DNA from: Lentisphaerota bacterium
Lineage (GTDB): Bacteria > Verrucomicrobiota > Kiritimatiellia > PWTM01
NCBI GenBank assembly: GCA_016873715.1
Contig: VGWF01000003.1
Location: 4,907-68,906 of the forward strand
Length of the DNA: 64,000 bases
Direction of reading: 5' to 3'
Shown here: in pieces, positions 7,481-16,895 of the stretch
Layout: every line of letters starts with the position of its first letter
How positions within the stretch are numbered: the first letter of the stretch is position 1
The notes under the pieces: model-generated
What the model was told of the DNA's origin: nothing
Seen by the model: only the letters and a program-made list of their open reading frames with translations
Database searches by the model: none
Position numbers and translations under genes: made by a program

Positions 7481-8704
7481 GTGAGCGCACGTCCAGACAG
7501 CATCGACGATCTTCGCATCGACCGGACCGGCGAGGACGCCCCCCGTCCCCGCATCGGTACGGTCGTGGCCGTGATCGTCGTCCTCGCCCTCCTGGCGGCC
7601 GCCGCCTTCGGCCTCTCCGCCGGCCGCGGCCCCGAGGTGCGCACCGTCGCCGCCCGCGAGGCCGCGGCGGAATCCGGCGGCCCCCGCACCGTCCTCAACG
7701 CCTCGGGCTACGTCGTCGCGCGCCGCCAGGCCACGGTCTCGTCGAAGATCACCGGCAAGGTCATCGAGGTCCTCGTCGAGGAGGGCATGAAGGTCGCCGA
7801 CGGCCAGGTCCTCGCCCGCCTCGATGACGCCAACGTGCGGACCGGGCTCAACCTTGCGGAATCGGAGCACACCGCCGCACGCGCGGCGCTGGCCGAAACC
7901 CGCGTCCGCCTCGACGAGGCCCGCGTGGAGTTCGGCCGTATCCAGCGGCTCGCCGCGGCGGACCTGACCACCACCTCGGAGCTCGACCGCGCCCGCGCCT
8001 CGGTCCAGTCGCTCGAGGCGCGCATCGAACAGCAGGACGCGCAGGCGCAGGTCGCCGGCCGGCAGGTCGACGTCTGGAAGCAGCAGGTGGAGGACGCCGT
8101 CATCCGCGCGCCCTTCTCCGGCATCGCCACCTCCAAGAACGCCCAGCCGGGCGAGATGATCTCCCCCGTCTCCGCCGGCGGCGGCTTCACGCGCACGGGC
8201 ATCGGAACCATCGTCGACATGGATTCCCTCGAGATCGAGGTCGACGTCAACGAGAGCTACCTTCACCGGGTCCGTCCCGGCCAGCCGGTCGAGGCCTCGC
8301 TCGATGCCTATCCGGACTGGAGGATCCCCTGCAAGGTCTTCGCGATCATCCCCACGGCCGACCGGCAGAAGTCGACCGTCAAGGTCCGCGTGAAGTTCGA
8401 CCGCCTCGACCCGCGCATCCTGCCCGACATGGGCGTGAAGGTCGCGTTCCAGGGCGCCCCCGGCGATGGAACTCCCGCCGTGGCCACGGTCCTCGTGCCC
8501 GAGGCCGCCATCCGGCACGTCGACGGCCGGGCCACCGCATGGGTCGTCGGGAACGGCCACCTCCAGCTCCGCGCCCTCACCGTGGAGACCGCCCGCGCGG
8601 GCCAGGTTTCCGTCACGTCCGGCCTGAAGGCGGGCGAGCGGGTCGTCGTCGACGGCCCCGCCTCCCTCCGGGAGGGCGGCCGCGTGCGCGAGGCGGCACG
8701 ATGA
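7481..8704 (+). CDS. Periplasmic adaptor (membrane fusion protein), MacA/HlyD family
   Basis: N-terminal [19 protein letters not shown], helical hairpin, [16 protein letters not shown]. Confidence 0.93.
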   Translation: MSARPDSIDDLRIDRTGEDAPRPRIGTVVAVIVVLALLAAAAFGLSAGRGPEVRTVAAREAAAESGGPRTVLNASGYVVARRQATVSSKITGKVIEVLVEEGMKVADGQVLARLDDANVRTGLNLAESEHTAARAALAETRVRLDEARVEFGRIQRLAAADLTTTSELDRARASVQSLEARIEQQDAQAQVAGRQVDVWKQQVEDAVIRAPFSGIATSKNAQPGEMISPVSAGGGFTRTGIGTIVDMDSLEIEVDVNESYLHRVRPGQPVEASLDAYPDWRIPCKVFAIIPTADRQKSTVKVRVKFDRLDPRILPDMGVKVAFQGAPGDGTPAVATVLVPEAAIRHVDGRATAWVVGNGHLQLRALTVETARAGQVSVTSGLKAGERVVVDGPASLREGGRVREAAR

Positions 8705-8738
8705 GCGCCCTGCGGGCGGCGCGGGGCGGGCCGGTCGC

Positions 8739-9452
8739 ATGAACGGCGCGGCGCCGGCCCCGGCGGACGATCTCCTCGTCCGGGTTGAGGACGTCGAGAA
8801 GGCGTTCCATCGCGGCGAGGAGGTGATCCACGTCCTGCGCGACCTCCACCTGACCATCCCGCGCGGCGAGTTCCTTGCGCTGATGGGTCCCTCCGGCTCC
8901 GGCAAGAGCACGCTGCTCAACCTCCTGGGCGGCCTCGACCGGCCCACGCGCGGACGCGTGATCGTCGACGGCCGGCGGATCGACCGTCTCTCCGACCGCC
9001 AGCTCGCGGCGTGGCGCGCGCGCCACGTCGGACTCGTCTTCCAGTTCTACAACCTGCTCCCCGTCCTGACCGCCGAACGCAACGTCGAACTCCCGCTGCT
9101 GCTCGCGCCGCTCACCCGCGTCCAGCGCCGCCGCCACGTCGCGGCCGCGCTGGGCATCGTCGGCCTGTCCCACCGCGCGCGCCACTACCCGCGGCAGCTC
9201 TCCGGCGGCGAGCAGCAGCGCGTGGGCATCGCCCGCGCGCTGGTGACCGACCCGAGCCTGCTGCTGTGCGACGAACCCACCGGCGACCTCGACCGCCGGT
9301 CCGGCGACGGGATCCTCGACCTCCTCCAGGCCCTCAACCGCGAACACGGCAAGACCATCGTGATGGTCACGCACGATCCCCACGCCTCCGCGCGCGCCAC
9401 GCGCGTGGTGCACCTCGACAAGGGCCGCCTCGGCACGGAGGCGCCCCCGTGA
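8739..9452 (+). CDS. ABC transporter ATP-binding protein, LolD/MacB type
   Basis: Walker [31 protein letters not shown]. Confidence 0.96.
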   Translation: MNGAAPAPADDLLVRVEDVEKAFHRGEEVIHVLRDLHLTIPRGEFLALMGPSGSGKSTLLNLLGGLDRPTRGRVIVDGRRIDRLSDRQLAAWRARHVGLVFQFYNLLPVLTAERNVELPLLLAPLTRVQRRRHVAAALGIVGLSHRARHYPRQLSGGEQQRVGIARALVTDPSLLLCDEPTGDLDRRSGDGILDLLQALNREHGKTIVMVTHDPHASARATRVVHLDKGRLGTEAPP

Positions 9453-9477
9453 ACGCCGCCCGCATCCGCCCCGGCCC

Positions 9478-10632
9478 ATGAAGTACCTCCCCCTCGTCTG
9501 GGCCGGCCTCCGGCGCCGGAAGCTGCGGTCGCTGCTGACGCTGCTCTGCATCCTCGTCGCGTTCGTCCTCTTCGGCTACCTCTGCGCCATCGGCCGCGCG
9601 ATGGACCAGGGCGCCAGCGTCGCCGGGGCCGACCGTCTGATGGTCCGCCACCGCGTCTCGATCACGCAACCGCTCCCCGTCAGCTACAAGGCGCGCATCG
9701 AGCGCATCCCCGGCGTCGCGCTTGTCGCGCATTTCTCCTGGTTCGGAGGCATCTACCGCGAACCCGGCAACTTCTTCCCCCAGATGGCCGTCGAACCCGG
9801 CCCCCACCTCGCCATGTACCCGGAGTACCTGCTGCCGGAGGACCGCAGGCAGGCGTGGCTCGCCACCCGCACCGGCGCGATCGCCGGCCGCAGGACCGCG
9901 GAGAAGTACGGGTGGAAGGTCGGCGACCGGATCCCGATCCAGGCCACCGTCTGGCGCCGGATGAACGGCGACACCACCTGGGAGTTCGACCTCGTCGGCA
10001 TCTTCGACGGCGCGAAGCCGGAGACCGACACCACCGGGTTCTTTTTCCGCTACGACTGCCTCGACGAGGGGCGGCTCTTCGGCAAGGGGATCGTCGCCTG
10101 GTACACCGTCCGCGTCTCGAACCCGGAGGAGGCCGCCGACGTCGCGCGGCGGATCGACGAGGAGTTCGCCAACGCCTCCGCCGAGACCAAGTCCGAGACC
10201 GAGGGCGCGTTCCTCCGCGGCTGGGCCCGGCAGATCGGCGACATCTCCACGATCCTCGCCTCCGTCCTCGGCGCCGTCTTCTTCACCATCCTCCTCGTCG
10301 CCGGCAACACGATGGCGCAATCGGTCCGGGAGCGAACCTGCGAGATCGGCGTCCTCAAGGCCCTCGGGTACACCCATGCCGGCGTGCTCTCGCTGGTCCT
10401 CGCGGAGTCGTGCCTTCTCTCCGTCCTCGGGGCCGCGGGCGGACTGGCCGTTGCCTCGGTCCTCGTCGCCGCCGGCGATCCGACCCGCGGCGCGATGCCG
10501 ATGTTCCACTTCCCGGCCGCGGACGTGCTCGCCGGCCTCGGGTGGGCGCTGGCGCTGGGCGTCGTCGCCGGGCTCCTGCCGGCGCTCCACGCGATGCGGC
10601 TCCGCGTGGCCGACGCGCTGCGGAGGACCTAG
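9478..10632 (+). CDS. ABC transporter permease, MacB/FtsX family
   Basis: RRKLRSLLT, periplasmic domain, NTMAQSVRERTCEIGVLKALG. Confidence 0.93.
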   Translation: MKYLPLVWAGLRRRKLRSLLTLLCILVAFVLFGYLCAIGRAMDQGASVAGADRLMVRHRVSITQPLPVSYKARIERIPGVALVAHFSWFGGIYREPGNFFPQMAVEPGPHLAMYPEYLLPEDRRQAWLATRTGAIAGRRTAEKYGWKVGDRIPIQATVWRRMNGDTTWEFDLVGIFDGAKPETDTTGFFFRYDCLDEGRLFGKGIVAWYTVRVSNPEEAADVARRIDEEFANASAETKSETEGAFLRGWARQIGDISTILASVLGAVFFTILLVAGNTMAQSVRERTCEIGVLKALGYTHAGVLSLVLAESCLLSVLGAAGGLAVASVLVAAGDPTRGAMPMFHFPAADVLAGLGWALALGVVAGLLPALHAMRLRVADALRRT

Positions 10633-10655
10633 CGGGCGCGGGGCGCCCCACGGAC

Positions 10656-10699
10656 GACGGAAGACGGAAGACGGAAGACGGAAGAACGGGAGAACGGAA
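10656..10699. repeat. Short tandem array (GACGGAA)x4 plus (GAACGGRA)x2
   Basis: Read directly between the two permease genes. Confidence 0.9.
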
Positions 10700-10704
10700 G
10701 AACA

Positions 10705-11904
10705 GTGATGGGATTCGTCAGCTGGCTCTCGCAGGTCGGCTCGGTCACGAAGCTGAGCCTCGAGACGATCGTCGAGCGCAAGGGCGCCTCGGCCGCCGCC
10801 GTCTTCGGCATCGCGGGGGTCGTCGCCGTCTTCGTCGCGGTCCTGTCCGTCGCGGAGGGCTTCCGCCGCGTGATGACCGCCTCCGGCGACCCGTCGGCGG
10901 CCATCGTGATGCGCGCCGGATCGGACACCGAGATGATGAGCATCCTCTACGGCACGGGGGTCCGCGTCATCGACGACGCGCCCGGCATCGCGCGCTCCGC
11001 CTCCGGTCCCCTCGCTTGCCGCGAGCTGTTCGTCGTCATCAACCTGCCCCGGCGCTCCAGCGGCATGGATGCCAACGTCCCGCTGCGCGGTCTCGGCGCC
11101 AATGCCTTCGAGGTCCACGACCGGGTCCGCATCGTCGAGGGCCGGCGGTTCACGCCCGGCTGCAACGAGGTGATCGTCGGCGTGGGCGCCTCGCACGAGT
11201 TCGCCGGCCTCGACCTCGGCGCCGAACTGAAGGTGGGGCGCAACCGGTGGAGGGTCGTCGGGATCTTCACCGCCGGCGGCGGGCTGCCGGAGTCCGAGAT
11301 CTGGACCGACGCCGTCGTGCTGCAGGCGGCCTACCACCGCGGCAACAGCTTCCAGACCGTCCGCGTCAAGCTCGCATCGCCCGACTCGTTCGACGCGTTC
11401 CGCGACGCCCTTCTCGCCGACCCGCGCCTGACCGTGAAGGCGATCCGCCTGCAGGACTACTACGCCGAGCAGTCGCGCACCGTCCAGAACCTGATCACCG
11501 GCCTTGGCACCCTCGTCGCGGCGCTGATGGGCATCGGCGCCTCGTTCGGCGCGCTGAACACGATGTACTCCGCCGTCGCCACCCGCACGCGGGAGATCGC
11601 CACCCTACGCGCCCTCGGTTTCGGAAGCGCCCCGATCGTGATCTCCATCCTCGCCGAGTCGCTCGTGCTCGCGTCGCTCGGCGGGCTTGCCGGCGCCGCG
11701 GTGGCCTACGGGATCTTCGACGGCTTCCGCGCCGCCACCCTCAACTGGCAGAGCTTCAGCCAGGTCGCCTTCGCCTTCGACGTCACCCCCGCCCTCCTCG
11801 CACAGGGCGGCGGCTGCGCGATCCTCATCGGCGTCATCGGGGGCCTCTTCCCCGCCCTCCGCGCCGCCCGCATCCCGGTCGCCACCGCCCTGCGCGAGAC
11901 CTGA
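10705..11904 (+). CDS. ABC transporter permease, MacB/FtsX family
   Basis: NTMYSAVATRTREIATLRALG, GLFPALRAAR. Confidence 0.93.
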   Translation: MMGFVSWLSQVGSVTKLSLETIVERKGASAAAVFGIAGVVAVFVAVLSVAEGFRRVMTASGDPSAAIVMRAGSDTEMMSILYGTGVRVIDDAPGIARSASGPLACRELFVVINLPRRSSGMDANVPLRGLGANAFEVHDRVRIVEGRRFTPGCNEVIVGVGASHEFAGLDLGAELKVGRNRWRVVGIFTAGGGLPESEIWTDAVVLQAAYHRGNSFQTVRVKLASPDSFDAFRDALLADPRLTVKAIRLQDYYAEQSRTVQNLITGLGTLVAALMGIGASFGALNTMYSAVATRTREIATLRALGFGSAPIVISILAESLVLASLGGLAGAAVAYGIFDGFRAATLNWQSFSQVAFAFDVTPALLAQGGGCAILIGVIGGLFPALRAARIPVATALRET

Positions 11905-12032
11905 CGGACCGGGCCGCCGCCGAAGCCCCGGATCGGACGCCGGATGGGGCTGCCGGATAAGGCTTGCCTTCGGCCCGCGAGGTGATGAGGATGTCGGGAA
12001 ACGCGGACGGCCACCGTCCGAAAGGAGCCGGC

Positions 12033-13031
12033 ATGACAACCCGACGCTCGAGCGTAACCGCCCTGACCCTTGCCACCCTGCTTGCCGCACCGCACGCGGC
12101 CCCGGCCATCGGCGCGTGGGACGGGCCGGAGACCGGCTCGCTCCGGATCTGGAACGCGCAGGCCGGCCTGTCCCTCCGGGGCTCGGTCGGCTATCTCAAC
12201 GGCGAGGCGCGGGAACTCGTCTACTCGGACCTCGACGGCTACCGGCACCAGGTCAGCGAATTGATCTGGGACCTCCGCGACCTGGCCATGGTCGGGATCT
12301 CCGGTTCCGCGCACTTCGCCAAGCGGTTCCACGTCCGGGCCGCGTTCTGGACGCCCGCGAACGAGGGCGGCGGCCAGATGGAGGACTACGACTGGCTGGT
12401 CTACGAGCCCGGCGCGCCGTGGACGGACTACTCGCTGAGCGACGTCGACGTCACCAGCGCGTCGATCGTGGACCTGGCCTTCGCCGTGGACATCGTCTCC
12501 TACAAGGGCTTCACCCTTCGCGGGATGGCCGGCTACAAACAGGACTACTGGGCGTGGCGCGACTATGGCCTCCTCCACGTCTACTCCTCCAACCCCTACA
12601 GCCCGGGCGGCTTCCGCGACGACGTGGCGAACGAGGACGGAGCCACCGGCATCGAGTACGAGCAGGTCTTCCGCGTCCCCTACTTCGGCGGCGAGCTGGA
12701 GTTCGCCCGCGGGGCCTGGGAGGCGAACACCTACCTCAAGTTCAGCCCGATCGTCACGGCCAACGACGAGGACCTGCATATCCACCGCAACCTGCTGTTC
12801 GAGGAGTCGTTCGACGGCGGGACCTTCGTCGCCGCGGGCGTGCAGGTCCTGCGCACCTTCGAGTCCGGTCTCTACGTTGCCGGCGCGTTCGACTTCCAGA
12901 CCATCCCCGAGTTCGACGGCGACATGACGATCACCGACTACGACACCGGGGAAGTCTCGTCGGAATCCGACAACGCCGGGATCAGCCACTTCGCGTACAT
13001 GCTGTCCCTGTCCCTTGGCTACGCCTTCTGA
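12033..13031 (+). CDS. Omptin family outer-membrane protease
   Basis: RELVY, VSELIW, MEDYDWL, WTDYS, IEYEQVFRVPY, NDEDLH; C-terminal LGYAF; SD AAAGGAG. Confidence 0.9.
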   Translation: MTTRRSSVTALTLATLLAAPHAAPAIGAWDGPETGSLRIWNAQAGLSLRGSVGYLNGEARELVYSDLDGYRHQVSELIWDLRDLAMVGISGSAHFAKRFHVRAAFWTPANEGGGQMEDYDWLVYEPGAPWTDYSLSDVDVTSASIVDLAFAVDIVSYKGFTLRGMAGYKQDYWAWRDYGLLHVYSSNPYSPGGFRDDVANEDGATGIEYEQVFRVPYFGGELEFARGAWEANTYLKFSPIVTANDEDLHIHRNLLFEESFDGGTFVAAGVQVLRTFESGLYVAGAFDFQTIPEFDGDMTITDYDTGEVSSESDNAGISHFAYMLSLSLGYAF

Positions 13032-13082
13032 TCCGGCGGTGAGGCCAGGCCCGGCCGACGGCTCGCGTGGAGTGAGGTCCGC

Positions 13083-15509
13083 ATGAGCGGGATGGTCCCA
13101 GCCGGCGGTTCCGTCCGGCCGGTCCTGATCCTCGTCGCCGCCGTCTGCGCCTTCCTCGCGTCATGGCCGCACCGGCCCGGCGTGCCGACCTGCCTGCGCG
13201 TCCGGGTCGCGATTCCCGGACCGCCGAACGCCGAGGCAACCCTGGAGGTCGTCCACGCCGGGGTATCGACCCACCTGGCGCTTCTCGACGACGGCACCGG
13301 CGCCGACGTCGCGGCGGGCGACGGGATCCGTTCGGCGGAGTGGGCCCCGCCGGGACCCGCCGTGCTCGTCCCCGTGGGCCTGTGGCTGCGCCCCGCCGAC
13401 GGCTCTCCCGCGGTGAGGGTGCACTCCGCGATCCATCCCCTGCTGCGGGGGCCGAACGACATCGCATGGGAGGTCATCGACGGCCCGTCGCCGGAGGTCC
13501 GCGAGCGGGCGCATCCCGGCCCGCGTCGTGCCGCCGCCGCCGCCGAGGGCCGCCGGACCGCGCTCAACATGGGCTTCGTTCTCGTCGCGCTGGGGGTCGT
13601 GCTGCGCTGCGTCCGCCGCCCCGTCGGGGATGGCGGGTCCCCCGGGGCCGATGAGGCCGTGGCGCGACGCATCCCGGTCCGGGTCTCCGATGCGTTGTTC
13701 TGGTTCGCCATCGCGGTCTTGTGGACATGGCCCGCGGCGCTGGGAGGACCCGCCCTCTTGATCGGCCGGCAGTTCGACACGCCGTCGACGATCTGGGTCA
13801 TGCACGCCGCCCACCGCCTGCTGCGCTCGTTGATCGATCCGTACGCCGAGTGGCCGCTGCAGGCCGACCACCACGGCCTCGACAGTTTCCTGATGCTGCC
13901 CATCGCGGCGCTGCTCCATGCGCTGCACGTGGCGCGGGTCCACGCGGGGCTGCAGATCCTCGGCGTGGCGCTGTCCGGCTGGGCGGCGCAGGGATTCGCC
14001 CGCGCCACGGGCGTGCGGCGCCCGTGGGAAACGTTCGCGGGGCTGACCTACGCGTGCTCCGGCGCCATGGCCTCCGCGCTGCTGGAAGGGCAGGTCTACC
14101 ACGCGCTGAATCCCTGGCTCCCGCTTTTCGGGTGGGCCTTCTGGCGCACGACCTCCGCCGACGCCCGGCCGCGGGACGCCCTCGCCGCGGCGGTCGCCTT
14201 TGCGCTCTGCCTGGCCACGTCCGGCTACGTCGGCGTGTCCGCGATGATCGTGGGGGCGGGCCTCGTCGCCGGCGCCGCGCGGGGCGGCGTCCGGGTGCCC
14301 CGCCGTCCGGCCGTGCTGGCCGTGGCCGCCTGCGGCGCCCTCGCCCTCGCCTACGCGCTCACGGCCTTCGCGGACGCCCCGCTGCGACGGGACCTGAGCC
14401 TGTCGTCGATGCGGCTGGCCAGCGCCCATCTCGTCAGCCTGGCCGGGCCGACGCCCGAGACCGACCGCGCGGGCCAGTCGATGGCCGCCGCGATCTCCCC
14501 GGTGGTCCTGGCGTGGCTGGTCGCCGCCTTCGCGCTCGGGCGCGCGGGACCGCGGGCACGAACGCTCCTCTGGACCGGTGCGGCAGGGCTCCTGATCGCC
14601 CTGGGGCCGGCGTGGGCCCTCGACGCGCGGGGCGCATCGGTCCCGTCGCCGCTGCGGCTGCTCGTCGGAACGCCCTTCGATGTCATTCTCCGCTTCCCTC
14701 TCCGGTCGATGGGCGTGTGGAACCTCTGTGCGGGCATCGTCGCCTTCGGCGCGGCCCAGCGGCTGGCCGGCCGCGGACGCGGCACGGCGGCCGTCGTCGG
14801 CGCCCTGGCGGTGGCGCATGCCTTCCTGATCGTCGGACTTCCCTTCCGCCAGGCCGCGCAGCCGTTTCACGTTCCGTCCGCCTACCGCGAGGCCGGCGGG
14901 CCGGTGCTGGACCTCCACCCCGACCCGCAGGGGCTGCGCGACGAGATGTGGCTGATGGCCCGCGTATGCGCATGCCAGGTCGGCCACGGCCAGCCGATCG
15001 CCGACAACGCGGCCTCCACCGAGCCCGGAGGGCTCCCGCGCATGCGCCTCGGCCGATGGCTGCGGGACGAACTGGCGGCGGGGCGGGCCGACGCCGCGGC
15101 GCGGGCGCTCGGCGCCATGGGCTTCGCGGCGGTCGCCTTCCACGGGGACTTCTTCCCCCCGGAGGAGCGGTCGGTGATCGAGAACGCCCTTGGCCGCTTC
15201 GGCACGCGCCGCACCGTGAGCGCGGACGCCGGCGAGCGCCTTGTGCTGCAGGCGGTGCCGCCGCCGCCGGAGGCGCCCGGCGCGGCGGCCCGTCGGGCGG
15301 CGTACGACGCGGCGGTCGGCGGCCGGCCCGGCGCCGGCGTCGATCGCGACTCGGTCACCGCGCGCGACCTCGACATGGCCGGCGGCATCCGCGGCCCCGT
15401 CGCGCTCGCCGGATGGCTGGCCTTCGGTGTCATCGCGGTCGCATGGGTGCGGATCACGCGGCGCGCCGCGGCGGGCGCCGGAACGGGTGCAACGGACGCA
15501 ACTCCTTGA
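13083..15509 (+). CDS. Large polytopic membrane protein, GT-C/YfhO-like, with an N-terminal DDGxxxDxxAGDG (choice-of-anchor-X-like) domain
   Basis: LLDDGTGADVAAGDGIRSAEW; more than 10 hydrophobic segments; LRFPLR; periplasmic tail PVLDLHP...QVGHGQPI. Confidence 0.6.
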   Translation: MSGMVPAGGSVRPVLILVAAVCAFLASWPHRPGVPTCLRVRVAIPGPPNAEATLEVVHAGVSTHLALLDDGTGADVAAGDGIRSAEWAPPGPAVLVPVGLWLRPADGSPAVRVHSAIHPLLRGPNDIAWEVIDGPSPEVRERAHPGPRRAAAAAEGRRTALNMGFVLVALGVVLRCVRRPVGDGGSPGADEAVARRIPVRVSDALFWFAIAVLWTWPAALGGPALLIGRQFDTPSTIWVMHAAHRLLRSLIDPYAEWPLQADHHGLDSFLMLPIAALLHALHVARVHAGLQILGVALSGWAAQGFARATGVRRPWETFAGLTYACSGAMASALLEGQVYHALNPWLPLFGWAFWRTTSADARPRDALAAAVAFALCLATSGYVGVSAMIVGAGLVAGAARGGVRVPRRPAVLAVAACGALALAYALTAFADAPLRRDLSLSSMRLASAHLVSLAGPTPETDRAGQSMAAAISPVVLAWLVAAFALGRAGPRARTLLWTGAAGLLIALGPAWALDARGASVPSPLRLLVGTPFDVILRFPLRSMGVWNLCAGIVAFGAAQRLAGRGRGTAAVVGALAVAHAFLIVGLPFRQAAQPFHVPSAYREAGGPVLDLHPDPQGLRDEMWLMARVCACQVGHGQPIADNAASTEPGGLPRMRLGRWLRDELAAGRADAAARALGAMGFAAVAFHGDFFPPEERSVIENALGRFGTRRTVSADAGERLVLQAVPPPPEAPGAAARRAAYDAAVGGRPGAGVDRDSVTARDLDMAGGIRGPVALAGWLAFGVIAVAWVRITRRAAAGAGTGATDATP

Positions 15510-15534
15510 AGCCAAGGACCGGAAGCGGTATCCT
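15506..15534 (+). promoter_or_regulatory. Putative sigma70 promoter of the oxidoreductase-rSAM-U32 operon
   Basis: TTGAAG-N17-TATCCT; GAGGG SD before ATG 15579. Confidence 0.5.
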
Positions 15535-15578
15535 TCGGCCCGGCTGCACAGCGGCCGGCGAACGAGCGAGGGCATCCG

Positions 15579-16892
15579 ATGGCGGTGGTGGTCATAGGGG
15601 CCGGGGTCACCGGCCTGACGGTCGCTCTGCACTGCCTTCGCAACGGGCATCGCGTCGTGGTCCTGGAGAAGGCCGCGGAGGTCGGCGGACTCTGCCGGAG
15701 CTACCGGTACGACGGCTTCACGTTCGACATCGGCCCGCACCGCCTCTTCTCCGGCGACCCGGAGATCGACGGCTACTTCGCCTCCATCCTCGGGCCGGAC
15801 CACGTCGCCGTGCCGAGGGTCAGCATGGTCAAGCTCAACGGCCGCTACCACGAGTGGCCGCTGAACGTGAAGTCCGTGGCCGGCATGTCGCCCGGCCTCA
15901 TGCTCCGCTGCATGGTTGACCTGCTCGGCGGCCGCGGCCGCGGCGACGACGTGCGCACGCTCCGGGACTACGTCATCTCGCGGTACGGGGAGACGATCTA
16001 CCGGACCTTCTGGGAGGGCTACACGGAGAAGTTCCTCGGGCTCCCCTGCGAACGCGTCGACGCCGAGTGGGGCAGCCTGAGCGTCGCCCGGTCGGTCGTC
16101 GACCGCGCCCGCCGCCCTCGCGGTCTGCCGGATCTCGTCCGCAGCGTCCTGCACAATTCCTCCAACGACCTCCGCTTCCGGTACCCGGCGGAGGGCATGG
16201 GCGGCTTCGCCGACCGCATGGCCGCGATGATCCGCGAGGCGGGCGGCGAGATCCGGCTCGGCGCCCCCGTGACCGCGCTGGACCTCGCCGGAGATCGGAT
16301 CCGCTCCGTCACGGCGGGCGGCGCGCGGATCGAAGCCGACCAGTTCGTCTGGACCGGCCCGCTGCCGGAGCTCTGCCGCCTCGCCGGCAGGCCCGAGCCG
16401 GATCTCCGATTCCTCGATCTGCTGCTGCTGAACGTCGAAATCGATGCCGAGCCGGCGGACCGCTGGCAGTGGATCTACTTCCCCGACAAGCGGTACGTGT
16501 TCTCCCGCGTCAGCCGCCCCTGCGCCTTCCATCGCGGCATGGCGCCGGCCGGGACGACCGGGCTGTGCGTCGAGATCACCCTGCCGGCGGGCACGCCCGG
16601 CGCGGCCGAAACGGAGGAACTCGAGCGGACGGCCGTCGCCCAACTCGTCGAGGCGCGTCTGCTTCCCTCCCCGGCCCACGCACGGCGCATCCACCGCGAG
16701 ATCGTCGCGGATGCGTACCCGATCTACCGGCTCGGATTCCGCCGCGACGTGGACGCGGCGATCGAGGGGCTGCGCCCGGTCCGCAACCTGCACCCCGTCG
16801 GACGCGGCGCGCGGTTCGAGCACGACAACATCGACGAGGCCGTCGCGTCCGCGCGCGCGGTGGCCGCGCGCCTCGGCGCCGCGGGAGCCTGA
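15579..16892 (+). CDS. FAD-dependent oxidoreductase, HemY/UDP-galactopyranose-mutase-like family
   Basis: VVIGAGVTG, VGGLCRS, FDIGPHRL, FRYPAEGMG, WIYFPD, AYPIY, GRGARFEHDNID. Confidence 0.88.
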   Translation: MAVVVIGAGVTGLTVALHCLRNGHRVVVLEKAAEVGGLCRSYRYDGFTFDIGPHRLFSGDPEIDGYFASILGPDHVAVPRVSMVKLNGRYHEWPLNVKSVAGMSPGLMLRCMVDLLGGRGRGDDVRTLRDYVISRYGETIYRTFWEGYTEKFLGLPCERVDAEWGSLSVARSVVDRARRPRGLPDLVRSVLHNSSNDLRFRYPAEGMGGFADRMAAMIREAGGEIRLGAPVTALDLAGDRIRSVTAGGARIEADQFVWTGPLPELCRLAGRPEPDLRFLDLLLLNVEIDAEPADRWQWIYFPDKRYVFSRVSRPCAFHRGMAPAGTTGLCVEITLPAGTPGAAETEELERTAVAQLVEARLLPSPAHARRIHREIVADAYPIYRLGFRRDVDAAIEGLRPVRNLHPVGRGARFEHDNIDEAVASARAVAARLGAAGA

Positions 16893-16895
16893 TCC

